64,000 bases of DNA, taken from assembly GCA_050298595.1 (NCBI GenBank), contig JBNKUM010000056.1:1-64000 (forward strand), read 5' to 3'. This document shows, piece by piece, positions 1 through 9,493 of this stretch. Under the pieces are notes generated by a model. That model was not told the DNA's origin. It worked only from the letters and a program-made list of their open reading frames with translations, and ran no database searches. Position numbers and translations under genes: made by a program. Source of the stretch: Gammaproteobacteria bacterium. GTDB taxonomy: Bacteria; Pseudomonadota; Gammaproteobacteria; GCA-001735895. Position 1 is the first letter of the stretch, and each line of letters opens with the position of its first letter.

Positions 1-62
1 AATCTATTCTAATTATTTCAATGGCTTGGGCTTTAGTCAGTGCCATTCTGATCTGACCCCGA
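1..62. repeat. REP-like/transposon-end motif (GTGCCATT...TCTGACCCC) that truncates the intron fragment
   Basis: TCTGACCCC at 52-60; a similar TGACCCC ends the Y1-transposase relic near 54740. Family assignment is from memory only. Confidence 0.35.
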
Positions 63-239
63 ATTGCATGTTCTTGTTCATCAGCTCGCAGTTTTGCTAG
101 CGGCTTCCTTCAGACCTTTCCTCACGGATCGGCCCTTGCCATTCGCTAGTAGTTATCATCTAATAACCATCAGGTTAAAGATGGTGATCTTCCTTCAGAG
201 GACTTTCACCTCATTAGTTAATGCCCATGTCGGGCGTAC
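63..239 (-). mobile_element. Group IIC(-attC) intron, 5' fragment (domain I only)
   Basis: Minus strand starts GTACGCCCGACATGGGC...GGTGAAAGTCC...GCAAGGG...TCTGAAGGAAGCCGCTAGCAAAACTGCGAGCTGATGAACAAGAAC, matching class C intron domain I. The 5' junction abuts ACAA of an attC site. Confidence 0.8.
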
Positions 240-307
240 ACAAAGTGCTGCTGTCGGACAATTATTTCGCTACGCTCCATAATTGCCGCAGAGCACGACG
301 TTATAAC
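240..307 (+). other. Integron attC recombination site (R'' end cut by intron insertion)
   Basis: (TA)ACAAAGTGCTGCTGTCGGACAATTAT...ATAATTGCCGCAGAGCACGAC-GTTATAAC: imperfect palindrome with extrahelical bases, ending at a GTT core site at 300. Confidence 0.8.
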
Positions 308-680
308 TAAAAAGAAAATTGGTCAGGTTGTTTCAATAAAAACAATCACAGTTTTTGAAATAACGGTTTCAAAACAAACAGTAAAAAAGCATGCGGGTCT
401 AATCATTATAAGGCAAGCTTTGAACAAAACGGTTATTCGTTAAAAAAAAAAGCATTGGTGTATCAGCAACCGTTAAAAAGAAACGGCTTACGAAACGAAA
501 CCCTTGCTTTTATTCGGGTAGAGCTGTATTTTTCATAAATCGCAAAAAACCAAAACCCACCCGCTTCAAGGGTCTGAGGCAACATGCACATTAGCAGTTA
601 TAACAATGGCCTTTAAAGGACTCGCGGCACTGTTGATGCCGCTTCGATAAGTGCATTGGCGCTCACCTTTTAGACTGGGC
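300..680 (+). mobile_element. ORF-less integron gene cassette
   Basis: Starts at GTTATAAC (300-307); its attC opens with the complementary GTTATAAC (597-604); no ORF of 60 aa or more in between. Confidence 0.65.
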
Positions 681-687
681 GTTATGC
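597..687 (+). other. Integron attC site
   Basis: GTTATAAC-AATGGCCTTTAAAGG...CCTTTTAGACTGGGC-GTTATGC: about 90 bp imperfect palindrome bounded by AAC and GTT. Confidence 0.7.
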
Positions 688-723
688 CAAAAACGTAACT
701 TTAATACATGGAGATATAAAACA

Positions 724-1263
724 ATGGTAACTAAAAAATATTTTGTATTTATTTTACTCATAATAACTTCACAAGTTTCTTATGGATCATTAATTACGGC
801 AAGTCACAGCCTATCTTTACCAAATATAGTAACAGACCCAATTTATGTGACAGCAGATTTTGGTGTACCTGGAAGTAGGATAAATAACATAATAATTGAT
901 ATGAGTTTTAGTGATAACTTTTGGGATCCAGGTGAATCTATAGAATTCAGAATAATCGAAGAAAATGAAACCTTTGGTTTTATAGGCCTAACAAATATTA
1001 TCTTTAATGTTTCTTTATTAGGAGATACATTTCATTCGGTTTACATCCCTAGAGATATGTATGTAAATGAAGGTGGCATAAGTGAATTTTATTTAAGTAT
1101 TACGGGAAATGGCGCATTTGTTACAGATATGTTAGTAACGGCTGACATAGCCACAATTTCTTCACCACCATCTTTGCTATTATTTATTCTTGGGTTACTA
1201 GGCCTTATTGTTCAAAAAAACTTAACAAATAACCAGCATAATCGGGTAGCCGAGGGTCTCTAA
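724..1263 (+). CDS. Cassette-encoded secreted protein with PEP-CTERM-like C-terminal anchor
   Basis: RBS GGAG; N-terminal signal peptide; C-terminal ISSPPSLLLFILGLLGLIVQK; AT-rich; lies between GTTATGC (681) and GCATA(A) (1236). Last codons read into the intron end. Confidence 0.65.
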   Translation: MVTKKYFVFILLIITSQVSYGSLITASHSLSLPNIVTDPIYVTADFGVPGSRINNIIIDMSFSDNFWDPGESIEFRIIEENETFGFIGLTNIIFNVSLLGDTFHSVYIPRDMYVNEGGISEFYLSITGNGAFVTDMLVTADIATISSPPSLLLFILGLLGLIVQKNLTNNQHNRVAEGL

Positions 1264-1360
1264 CCCCCAGCCCACACACCACCCTGCATTCGGGTTCGCA
1301 CACGACTGAAGGGAATCAGGAGGTAGGGTGAAGCAGGAGGCCAGAACCGAGGGCGTTTCC
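1241..1360 (-). mobile_element. Group IIC(-attC) intron, 3' fragment (domains V-VI), with a 48-nt insertion in domain V
   Basis: Removing 1303-1350 gives minus-strand GGAAACGCCCTGTGCGAACCCGAATGCAGGGTGGTGTGTGGGCTGGGGGTTAGAGACCCTCGGCTACCCGAT: CGC triad, short IIC domain V, AY 3' end. Junction is GCATA|, the attC R'' site. Confidence 0.8.
1303..1350 (+). repeat. 48-nt GGA double-hairpin micro-element
   Basis: CGACTGAAGGGAATCAGGAGGTAGGGTGAAGCAGGAGGCCAGAACCGA; homologous to units at 32866, 50488, 50560, 50593 and 53716. Confidence 0.85.
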
Positions 1361-1570
1361 CAAAAATATTTAAAGCAAGCTGCCCGATTGAGTTAAAGTG
1401 GTCGGAGGTACATGATAACTCTTCTCAACTGAAGTATGTTATATATAATCAGGAAATGAGCTCGTACCGTGTAATAAAATGACATCCTACGACACTGCAA
1501 CCTGTCAGGAATGGCAACTTCGGGTCGTCTTGAGCCAATACAGTCACGATCACTAACGACTGCATATTTG

Positions 1571-1733
1571 ACAGGCTGTGTGAAAACTATTTTCTGATTT
1601 TTAAAGTGGAATATGTGAGTTCATATTCACTCTATTTCCTATGATTGGTGGAATTTGAATCCCGGATAAATTAAACCGTGGTGGGAAATATTTTCGGTAT
1701 CATCAGATTGGAGCGAGTTTCCACATAGCCTGT
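1571..1733. mobile_element. Non-autonomous MITE with 18-bp terminal inverted repeats (IS1182/IS5-like ends)
   Basis: ACAGGCTGTGTGAAAACT (1571-1588) versus AGTTTCCACATAGCCTGT (1716-1733): 16/18 inverted match; no ORF inside. Confidence 0.6.
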
Positions 1734-1883
1734 TGATATAGCCGACAATGTTAATTGTCGGATCTGATGTGAGCTACTGTTCTTTACTAGCATTAGCGTG
1801 CATCATAGCAAATATGAGCTATCTGCCATTACCGGTCGTTTACATCCCCATATACTTGCAGTATCGGTAAGGATGGTAATTTT

Positions 1884-3149
1884 TTAATCGTAAGATTTCC
1901 TTTTATTCCATAACTGCCTAAGTCGGTTTCTTATGTTCTTCTCAACACCAATTTCTTTTGGTTTATAGAATTGAGGCGTTTCAGACGGCGAGTATTGTTG
2001 ATCAACCCAGCCTTCTGAATATGAATGAGGATACAGGTATTTAACTGGAGTATTTTTTTGAGGAAAATTTTTCAGATGTTCCGGTACCTCAATAGTTGGA
2101 TTTGATTTTACATACTCTAATGCTTCGTTTATCGCTAAATATGCTGCGTTACTTTTCACCGTGCTAGCAAGGTAAGTGGTGGCCTGGGCAAGAGAGATAC
2201 GGGCTTCTGGCATACCTATATTGCTTACCACTTGAAGAGCGTTGTTGGCAATGGTGATACCATGTATATCGGCATTACCTACATCTTCTGACGCAAATAT
2301 GACGAGGCGTCGAGCAATAAAAACGGGGTCTTCTCCACCGTCTAGCATGATGGCTAACCAGAGTAGGGCAGAATCGGGGTCTGAGCCCCTCATGCTTTTG
2401 ATGTATGCAGATATTACGTCATAGTGGCGATCTTTGTTGCGGTCATAAGCTCTGGAATTTTCCAGAATGAGCCTTTTCAACGCTTCAATTGAAAACTGAT
2501 TGTTTTCTTTTAATTCTATGGCCATTTCTAAACTGCCAATCGCCTTCCTGGCATCACCGGTAGAATATTCGGCCATCATTTCAATCTCTTCCTTAGTGAA
2601 GCTTGTATCTAGCTTGTCGACTGCTGAGGTAAGTATCTGAAGTGTGTCGTCGAAATCTATGGCCTTTAGCTCGACGATTTTTAGTCGAGATAACAATGCT
2701 CTGTTAATGCTACTTTTAGGGTTTTCTGTAGTTGCACCTATTAAAATGAACTGACCGCTTTCGACATGTGGAAGTAGTGCGTCTTGCTGCGCTTTGTTAA
2801 ACCTGTGAATTTCATCTATGAAAATTATGGGGGTGCGATGATGCATTTCAATAGCATCTTTAGCTGACTGAAAGAGTTTTTTTAATTCAGCAACACCAGA
2901 TAAAACTGCGGAAAAGGGGAAGAACTCAAAGTCCTCTTTGTCACACAATACATGAGCTAAAGTAGTTTTACCGCACCCAGGTGGCCCATAAAAAATCATA
3001 CTTTTAGGCTTGGGTGACTTTAGAAATGGGTACTTATTTTCGAGTCCTTCAATACCAATGAAATCAGATCTCATCTGGGGCCTAAGCCTGTGGGCTAGAG
3101 GAGATAGAGTGGTAAAGCCATCGTTATTACTGAAAAGAGTTTTTTGCAA
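1884..3149 (-). CDS. rarA: Replication-associated recombination protein A (RarA/MgsA), AAA+ ATPase; foreign-looking copy
   Basis: PLAHRLRP, GPPGCGKT, FIDEIHRFNKAQQD, IGATTENP, SMRGSDPD, GEDPVFIARRL, ASEDVGNAD. Probable TTG start at 3149; the ORF extends to 3185. Confidence 0.95.
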   Translation of the reverse strand: MQKTLFSNNDGFTTLSPLAHRLRPQMRSDFIGIEGLENKYPFLKSPKPKSMIFYGPPGCGKTTLAHVLCDKEDFEFFPFSAVLSGVAELKKLFQSAKDAIEMHHRTPIIFIDEIHRFNKAQQDALLPHVESGQFILIGATTENPKSSINRALLSRLKIVELKAIDFDDTLQILTSAVDKLDTSFTKEEIEMMAEYSTGDARKAIGSLEMAIELKENNQFSIEALKRLILENSRAYDRNKDRHYDVISAYIKSMRGSDPDSALLWLAIMLDGGEDPVFIARRLVIFASEDVGNADIHGITIANNALQVVSNIGMPEARISLAQATTYLASTVKSNAAYLAINEALEYVKSNPTIEVPEHLKNFPQKNTPVKYLYPHSYSEGWVDQQYSPSETPQFYKPKEIGVEKNIRNRLRQLWNKRKSYD

Positions 3150-3290
3150 AATGCACCTGTTTATCATTCGAGAAGGATATAACAACCTTCTCGGGTTTAA
3201 GCTTAGCTGGTTTATCTTTGATATTATTCTTTAGCTGTGTCTGTATTTCAATTGCGTCATGGATAGCTTGTAAGCTTCGGAGAAACAAAT

Positions 3291-3437
3291 ATGATCCGTT
3301 TTGAGAAGTTATGGCACTGCCAGTACCCTATAGTTTGGGTGCCGAAATATAGATATAGAGTCTTAAAGGGTAGTATAGCGACTTAAGGATTGTATCCCAA
3401 TGTATTACAGCAGTGTAAACTGTCAGGTAGTCGAATT
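3291..3437 (+). pseudogene. tnpA: IS200/IS605 family transposase (TnpA) N-terminal relic
   Basis: RBS GGAG then MIRFEKLWHCQYPIVWVPKYRYRVLKG...CQVVE; the IVWxPKYR motif is typical of IS200 TnpA. Confidence 0.7.
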
Positions 3438-3442
3438 CTCAG

Positions 3443-3766
3443 GCTCAGGCTGTGGTTTATCTGGCCTGTGCGGCTAAAAGTAATGCGGTTTATGCGGCGT
3501 TCAATATGGCTATGCAGGATGCCCGAGCTTCGGGTAGTTTGATGGTGCCAGTGCATCTATGTAATGCACCCACCCAGTTTATGAAGCAGCTGGGCTTTGG
3601 TAAGGATTACCGTTATGCACATAATGAGGATCAGGCATTTGCGGCAGGGGAGAAGTACTTTCCTGATGAGATGTATGGCAGGCTTTAGTGTCATCCGGTA
3701 GACCAGGGGCTTGAAACTAGAATCGCTGAAAAGCTTAATCTATGCAGTTTGGATAAAAAAACATGA
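3443..3766 (+). pseudogene. rarA: Native gamma-type rarA, 3' relic with internal stop
   Basis: [17 protein letters not shown]...[10 protein letters not shown]...[12 protein letters not shown]...YFPDEM, TAG at 3686, then CHPVDQGLETRIAEKL. The final TGA overlaps the ATG of the next gene. Confidence 0.85.
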
Positions 3767-4365
3767 CGAATCCAAAACCTTTCTCTGAGTCCTGTGTTCA
3801 GAACAGGGCGCCTATCCAGCAGATATTACAACAATATGTCGATGGTAGAGAAACCGTGCTGGAGATAGGTAGTGGCACTGGACAGCATGCAGTATATTTT
3901 GCCGAAGCTTTCCCTCATTTAAACTGGCAAACCAGTGATCTTGCAGAAAATCATGCGGGTATTCAGGCATGGATAGCAGATAGCCAATTACCGAATGTAT
4001 TGCCTCCGCTACTACTCGATTGTTCTGGAGACTGGCCTGAACAGCAATTTGACCTGCTGTATACTGCTAACACTGTACATATCATGTCGCAACTTGCGGT
4101 AGAGAGTATGTTTAGTTCAATCGCCAACTGTATGAATGCAAATTCAATATTGATTATCTATGGTCCATTCAATTATCAGAACCAATTTACCAGTGAAAGT
4201 AACGCTCGATTTGATATCTGGTTGAAGCAGCGTGATCCGTTAAGTGGCATTAAAAACTTTGAATGGCTTCAGGACATAGCAGCTAAATCTGGTTTAGAAT
4301 GCACTCAGGATCATGCAATGCCTTCTAACAATCGAGTTCTGGTATGGCGTTTAATTGATAATTAA
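3763..4365 (+). CDS. DUF938 family SAM-dependent methyltransferase
   Basis: KPFSESCVQNRAPI, VLEIGSGTGQHA, YGPF, SNARFD, MPSNN motifs. Confidence 0.85.
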   Translation: MTNPKPFSESCVQNRAPIQQILQQYVDGRETVLEIGSGTGQHAVYFAEAFPHLNWQTSDLAENHAGIQAWIADSQLPNVLPPLLLDCSGDWPEQQFDLLYTANTVHIMSQLAVESMFSSIANCMNANSILIIYGPFNYQNQFTSESNARFDIWLKQRDPLSGIKNFEWLQDIAAKSGLECTQDHAMPSNNRVLVWRLIDN

Positions 4366-4466
4366 TTAACACTGACCTCAGTTGAAACTTTTCCTGTTCC
4401 TGTCAGACTAACGCTTTTAGAGCTTTTGAAAAGTTAACGAATTTATTTATTAATCAGAGAAATTGA

Positions 4467-5219
4467 ATGAAACCTATTAAATTGATCATAGGCGCAGGCA
4501 TTTTAGCTTGTGTTTCGACTGTTTTACCGGTGCAAGCCGATACCGATAAATCAGAAATAAAGCCTCAAATGACAGATTTACTTAAATCTCGCCTTGGAGA
4601 TGTGGAAATTGGAAAGCCAGTTGCTACTCCGGTAGACGGCATCTATCAAACTCAATTCGGTTCCAAATTCGCGTATTTAACCGGTGATGGCCGTTACGTT
4701 TTGATCGGTGATATGATTGACCTTCAATCGCAATCCAATCTCACCGAAATTGCTCGCCAGGGCGTAGCCAAGAAAGCTCTGGCATCTATGCCAACATCAG
4801 AACTTGTGGTTTTCCCTGCGGCAGATGAAACCAAAGCGGTATTGAATGTGTTTACCGATACTTCCTGCCCTTACTGCAAGAAAATACACGAAGAAGTGCC
4901 TAAGCTACAGAAAGCAGGTATAGAAGTACGCTATTACCCTTTCCCACGTGGTGGAAAGCGTGGGCCTGGTTATCAGGACCTGAAAAAGGTTTGGTGTAGT
5001 GAAGATCGCGCCAAAGCGATGGATATTGCAAAAGAGATTAGCAAGGGAGAACTTTCAGATGGCACCTGCGCTGAAGCTAATCTGGTTGATAAGGGCTATG
5101 ACCTGGGTAACGAAGTTGGTGTATCAGGTACCCCGGCACTTTTTACAGCCAGCGGACGTAAGTTTGATGGCTATGTGCCTTATCAGAAGTTAATCCCCAT
5201 GTTATTAAGTGGCTCCTGA
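4467..5219 (+). CDS. dsbC: Periplasmic thiol:disulfide isomerase DsbC
   Basis: Signal peptide, N-terminal dimerisation domain, FTDTSCPYCKK, GTP cis-Pro motif, GYVP. Confidence 0.9.
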   Translation: MKPIKLIIGAGILACVSTVLPVQADTDKSEIKPQMTDLLKSRLGDVEIGKPVATPVDGIYQTQFGSKFAYLTGDGRYVLIGDMIDLQSQSNLTEIARQGVAKKALASMPTSELVVFPAADETKAVLNVFTDTSCPYCKKIHEEVPKLQKAGIEVRYYPFPRGGKRGPGYQDLKKVWCSEDRAKAMDIAKEISKGELSDGTCAEANLVDKGYDLGNEVGVSGTPALFTASGRKFDGYVPYQKLIPMLLSGS

Positions 5220-5242
5220 TATCTATACGGTTATTTAGAGTG

Positions 5243-5276
5243 AAGGGCGTTGAATGTTATGTTCAACGCCCTTTTT
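5243..5276 (+). terminator. Rho-independent terminator after dsbC
   Basis: AAGGGCGTTGAA...TTCAACGCCCTTTTT. Confidence 0.85.
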
Positions 5277-5558
5277 CGTTGTGAATCAGGCCCTGGGATT
5301 TCATGATATGGATGGTGTGGTTGAATGATGTCTATTGTTCGTTAATAATGAGAATTGATTAAACGAGCTATGCAACAAAAATAAATCTTTATAATTCGCT
5401 CGTGCTGTAAATAAGCTTATACAGAGAAAATGTAGCGCATTTGATCATTACGATAGAGAATGACGCTAGTTAGAAAATTCATTTAACAGTAATTTTTGAA
5501 GTTTTTTACAACTTGCTAGTTGGCAGGTTGTGCATTGCAAGACGCAGATGGTGAGCTG

Positions 5559-5735
5559 ATGACACAAGATGACAAACAGGTTAACAGTTCCGATGATCTG
5601 AGCAGCGAGACTCAAGCGAAAGAAGATGATTCTAATGAACCCCTTCGTCCATCGGAAGAAATAGGTGGCCCCAGAGGCCTCGAACCAACTCGTTATGGTG
5701 ACTGGGAGCGCAAAGGTCGTTGTATCGATTTTTGA
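5559..5735 (+). CDS. DUF1674 / SDH assembly factor 4-like protein
   Basis: EIGGPRGLEPTRYGDWERKGRCIDF signature directly upstream of sdhC; ATG at 5559. Confidence 0.9.
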   Translation: MTQDDKQVNSSDDLSSETQAKEDDSNEPLRPSEEIGGPRGLEPTRYGDWERKGRCIDF

Positions 5736-5800
5736 CCAACTGGTAGAGCTTTTTTTATAAATAAGCGGTATAAAACCGCGCAGTGTTTGGTAGCTAAATA

Positions 5801-6184
5801 ATGACAAACAACAATCGACCGACATCTCCTCATTTGCAGATCTATCAACTTCCCTTGACTGCGAAAATGTCTATCTCTCACCGCATTACTGGTGTGTTTC
5901 TAAGTGCAGGTCTGGTAATAACCGTGTTGTTTTTGTTGGCTCTTGCAGGTGGTCAGTCGAGTTGGGATGTGGCACATAATCTGCTCTCCAGCTGGTTTGG
6001 TCAGTTAGTATTATTTGGTTTTAGCCTGGTACTGAATTACCACATGTGCAATGGCATTCGTCATCTTTTCTGGGATATTGGTCACGGCTTCACGCTGGAA
6101 GCAGCCAGCCGCAATAATAAAATCGTGCTGGTGGCCAGTGTAGTGATAACACTACTAGTCTGGATTGTAGCGCTGTCTGCGTAG
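5801..6184 (+). CDS. sdhC: Succinate dehydrogenase cytochrome b556 subunit
   Basis: RPTSPHLQIY, SISHRITG, HMCNGIRHLFWD. Confidence 0.95.
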   Translation: MTNNNRPTSPHLQIYQLPLTAKMSISHRITGVFLSAGLVITVLFLLALAGGQSSWDVAHNLLSSWFGQLVLFGFSLVLNYHMCNGIRHLFWDIGHGFTLEAASRNNKIVLVASVVITLLVWIVALSA

Positions 6185-6191
6185 GAGAATA

Positions 6192-6575
6192 TTGATGAGC
6201 TTACGAACTCCATTATCTAAAGTAAAAGGTCTGGGTGCGGCCAAAGAGGGTGCCAGTCACTGGTGGCACGAACGTCTGACCTCGATAGCATTGATTCCTC
6301 TGGCGCTTTGGTTCAGTTTTTCCATTGCGCTGTTAGCGGTTGCCGATTACAGCACAGTGACTGCCTGGATTGGTTCTCCATTTAGCAGCGTTTTGATGAT
6401 ACTCGCCATTAGCGTTGGTTTTTACCATGGCTATCTTGGGCTGAAGGTCATCATCGAAGACTACGTTTCCCATGAAACCCTGAAGATTACACTATTGATT
6501 GCTATTGCATTGATGGCGATCCTGTTTGCCACGCTTGGTGTGGTTTCTGTACTGAAAATTTCTTTTGGAGTCTGA
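6192..6575 (+). CDS. sdhD: Succinate dehydrogenase hydrophobic anchor subunit
   Basis: GLGAAKEGASHWWHERLT, HGYLGLKVIIEDYV. Confidence 0.95.
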   Translation: MMSLRTPLSKVKGLGAAKEGASHWWHERLTSIALIPLALWFSFSIALLAVADYSTVTAWIGSPFSSVLMILAISVGFYHGYLGLKVIIEDYVSHETLKITLLIAIALMAILFATLGVVSVLKISFGV

Positions 6576-6578
6576 TGC

Positions 6579-8366
6579 ATGAGTTCAGCTTATAAAATCG
6601 TCGATCACAGCTATGATGTAGTGGTTGTTGGCGCTGGTGGTGCCGGTTTGCGCGCTACCTTCGGGATGGCTGAAAAAGGTCTGTCCACTGCCTGTATCAC
6701 CAAGGTCTTCCCGACTCGCAGTCACACGGTGGCCGCTCAGGGGGGTATGAGTGCTTCACTGGGTAACATGGGGCAGGATGACTGGCGCTGGCATATGTAC
6801 GATACCGTGAAAGGTTCTGACTGGTTAGGCGATCAGGACGCTATCGAGTATATGTGTCGCGAAGCGGTTCCGGCTGTCATTGAGCTTGAGCATTACGGAG
6901 TACCTTTCTCGCGTACCGACGAGGGTAAGATCTATCAGCGTCCGTTTGGAGGAATGACCACTAATTTCGGTGAAGGTACTGCACAACGTACCTGTGCTGC
7001 GGCTGACCGAACCGGTCATGCAATTCTTCACACCCTGTATCAGCAATCGCTGAAACATAAAGCTGAATTTTTTATTGAGTACTTTGCCACCGATCTGATT
7101 ATGGATGACGGCGTTTGCCGTGGAGTACTGGCCTGGGATCTGGCGACGGGTGAGTTACATCGTTACCGCGCCAAGATGGTGGTTCTGGCAACGGGTGGTT
7201 ATGGACGTGCTTATTTTTCTGCAACCTCTGCCCATACCTGTACCGGCGATGGCAATGCCATGGCAATTCGTGCAGGTCTGCCACTACAGGACATGGAGTT
7301 TGTCCAGTTCCATCCTACCGGTATCTATGGTTCCGGCTGTCTGATCACCGAGGGTGTGCGAGGCGAGGGTGGTTACCTGACTAACTCCAAAGGTGAGCGC
7401 TTTATGGAGCGTTACGCACCTAACGCTAAAGACCTGGCATCGCGGGATGTGGTTAGTCGCGCCATGACGGTTGAAATTAACGAAGGCCGTGGTGTTGGTT
7501 CCGAGCTTGATCATATCAACCTGCATCTGGAGCATCTGGGCCCAGAGGTGATCAACGAACGGCTACCAGGTATTGCCGAAAGTGCCAGCATTTTTGCTGG
7601 AGTAGACGTTACCAGACAACCCATTCCTGTACTGCCAACCGTGCATTACAACATGGGCGGTATACCCACCAACTACCATGGTGAAGTCGTTACTCTCAAG
7701 GATGGTAATCCCGATGCTGTTGTGCCAGGTCTAATGGCAATCGGCGAAGCTGCCTGTGTATCGGTTCATGGGGCTAATCGCCTGGGTTCCAATTCATTGC
7801 TGGATATCGTGGTATTTGGCCGTGCCGCCGCAATACGTTGTGGTGAAATAATTGATAAGGATGAAAAGCATAAGCCTCTGAACGATTCTCATATTGAGCC
7901 CTTGCTTGATCGATTTGATCGCTTACGCAATGCCAACGGCAGTATCAGTACCGCTGAGTTGCGTCTGAAAATGCAAAAAACCATGCAAACCCATGCAGCA
8001 GTTTTCAGGACTGGTGAAACTCTGCAAAGTGGGGTAGAGAAGATGAATGACATTTATGCCGAGTTCGATGATGTGAGGGTCTCTGACCGCACCATGCAGT
8101 GGAATACCGATCTGGTAGAAACACTGGAGCTGGATAATCTACGAGCCTGTGCACTGACTACAATGCATGGCGCCAATAACCGTGAAGAAAGCCGTGGCGG
8201 TCATGCCAGAGAAGACTTTGCAGAACGTGATGATGAAAACTGGATGAAGCACACCCTGGCGTGGATAGATGACAAGGGAAAAGTCAGCATCGATTACCGT
8301 CCGGTACACATGAACACCTTAACCGACGAGGTGGAACCCTTCCCACCCAAGGCACGTGTTTACTGA
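6579..8366 (+). CDS. sdhA: Succinate dehydrogenase flavoprotein subunit
   Basis: [19 protein letters not shown]-attachment motif, [17 protein letters not shown]. Confidence 0.98.
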   Translation: MSSAYKIVDHSYDVVVVGAGGAGLRATFGMAEKGLSTACITKVFPTRSHTVAAQGGMSASLGNMGQDDWRWHMYDTVKGSDWLGDQDAIEYMCREAVPAVIELEHYGVPFSRTDEGKIYQRPFGGMTTNFGEGTAQRTCAAADRTGHAILHTLYQQSLKHKAEFFIEYFATDLIMDDGVCRGVLAWDLATGELHRYRAKMVVLATGGYGRAYFSATSAHTCTGDGNAMAIRAGLPLQDMEFVQFHPTGIYGSGCLITEGVRGEGGYLTNSKGERFMERYAPNAKDLASRDVVSRAMTVEINEGRGVGSELDHINLHLEHLGPEVINERLPGIAESASIFAGVDVTRQPIPVLPTVHYNMGGIPTNYHGEVVTLKDGNPDAVVPGLMAIGEAACVSVHGANRLGSNSLLDIVVFGRAAAIRCGEIIDKDEKHKPLNDSHIEPLLDRFDRLRNANGSISTAELRLKMQKTMQTHAAVFRTGETLQSGVEKMNDIYAEFDDVRVSDRTMQWNTDLVETLELDNLRACALTTMHGANNREESRGGHAREDFAERDDENWMKHTLAWIDDKGKVSIDYRPVHMNTLTDEVEPFPPKARVY

Positions 8367-8411
8367 TGACTAAAAAAATTGTGAATTGCCGAACCAAGAG
8401 GATGATACACC

Positions 8412-9194
8412 ATGGCTGAGTTTAAATTACCTGCCAATTCCGTCGTAAAAGAAGGTAAGACCTGGCCGGCACCGCAAGGCGCCAAACGTCCCAAGAAGTT
8501 TATCGTCTACCGTTACGATCCTGAATCCGGTGAAAATCCGCGTGCCGATACCTACACCCTGGATCTGGACGACTGTGGTCCAATGATTCTTGATGCAGTG
8601 CTAAAGATCAAAAACGAAATCGATCCTACGCTCACTTTTAGACGCTCATGTCGTGAAGGTATCTGTGGCTCCTGTTCGATGAATATCGATGGGCGCAACA
8701 CACTGGCCTGTACCAAGCCGATCGAAGAAATAGAAGGCGATGTGCATGTATATCCATTGCCACACCAGCCTGTGGTCAAAGATCTGGTTTCGGATCTGAC
8801 TAACTTTTATGCTCAGCATGCCTCGGTGGAACCCTGGATGAAAACCGATACACCCATGCCCCCTGACCGAGAGCAATTGCAATCCAAGGAAGACCGCGCA
8901 CTGCTGGATGGATTATACGAGTGTATCCTGTGCGCCTGTTGCTCAACCAGTTGCCCTAGCTACTGGTGGAATTCAGATCGTTATCTGGGGCCGGCGGCAC
9001 TGCTCAACGCTCATCGCTGGATTCTTGATAGCCGTGATGATGCCACTGGCGAACGTCTGGATGCGCTTGAAGACCCATTCAAACTGTATCGTTGCCATAC
9101 CATCATGAATTGTACAGATGCCTGTCCCAAGAGCCTGAATCCGGCTAAAGCGATTGCTGAGATCAAGCAATTGATCGCCAAGCGCCGTAGCTAG
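8412..9194 (+). CDS. sdhB: Succinate dehydrogenase iron-sulfur subunit
   Basis: [34 protein letters not shown]. Confidence 0.98.
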   Translation: MAEFKLPANSVVKEGKTWPAPQGAKRPKKFIVYRYDPESGENPRADTYTLDLDDCGPMILDAVLKIKNEIDPTLTFRRSCREGICGSCSMNIDGRNTLACTKPIEEIEGDVHVYPLPHQPVVKDLVSDLTNFYAQHASVEPWMKTDTPMPPDREQLQSKEDRALLDGLYECILCACCSTSCPSYWWNSDRYLGPAALLNAHRWILDSRDDATGERLDALEDPFKLYRCHTIMNCTDACPKSLNPAKAIAEIKQLIAKRRS

Positions 9195-9221
9195 GCATCG
9201 TCATGTGGGCACGAGGATCTA

Positions 9222-9467
9222 ATGATGAGTGAGGTGGCTCGACTGCGCTGGCTGTGCCGGCGCGGTATGAAAGAGCTCGACCTGCTGTTCAATAAATACC
9301 TGGAACATAGTTACCCCACAGCCTCAGAAGCCGATCAACAGGCTTTCGAATCAATTTTACAGATGCAGGATCCGCAGCTTTACGACCTGATTCTCGGGCG
9401 CTTTCAGAGCGAAGATGCGGATATTGCCCGTGTTATCGAATTCCTGCGCAAGTCTCTGACTGAATGA
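9222..9467 (+). CDS. sdhE: FAD assembly factor SdhE
   Basis: RLRWLCRRGMKELD motif; follows sdhB. Confidence 0.92.
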   Translation: MMSEVARLRWLCRRGMKELDLLFNKYLEHSYPTASEADQQAFESILQMQDPQLYDLILGRFQSEDADIARVIEFLRKSLTE

Positions 9468-9493
9468 AGCCAGATATGTTTGGCTAGCTTTAA

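Noticed and set aside
64-282. 72-aa ORF
   Set aside because: It is the antisense read of intron domain I plus an attC site.
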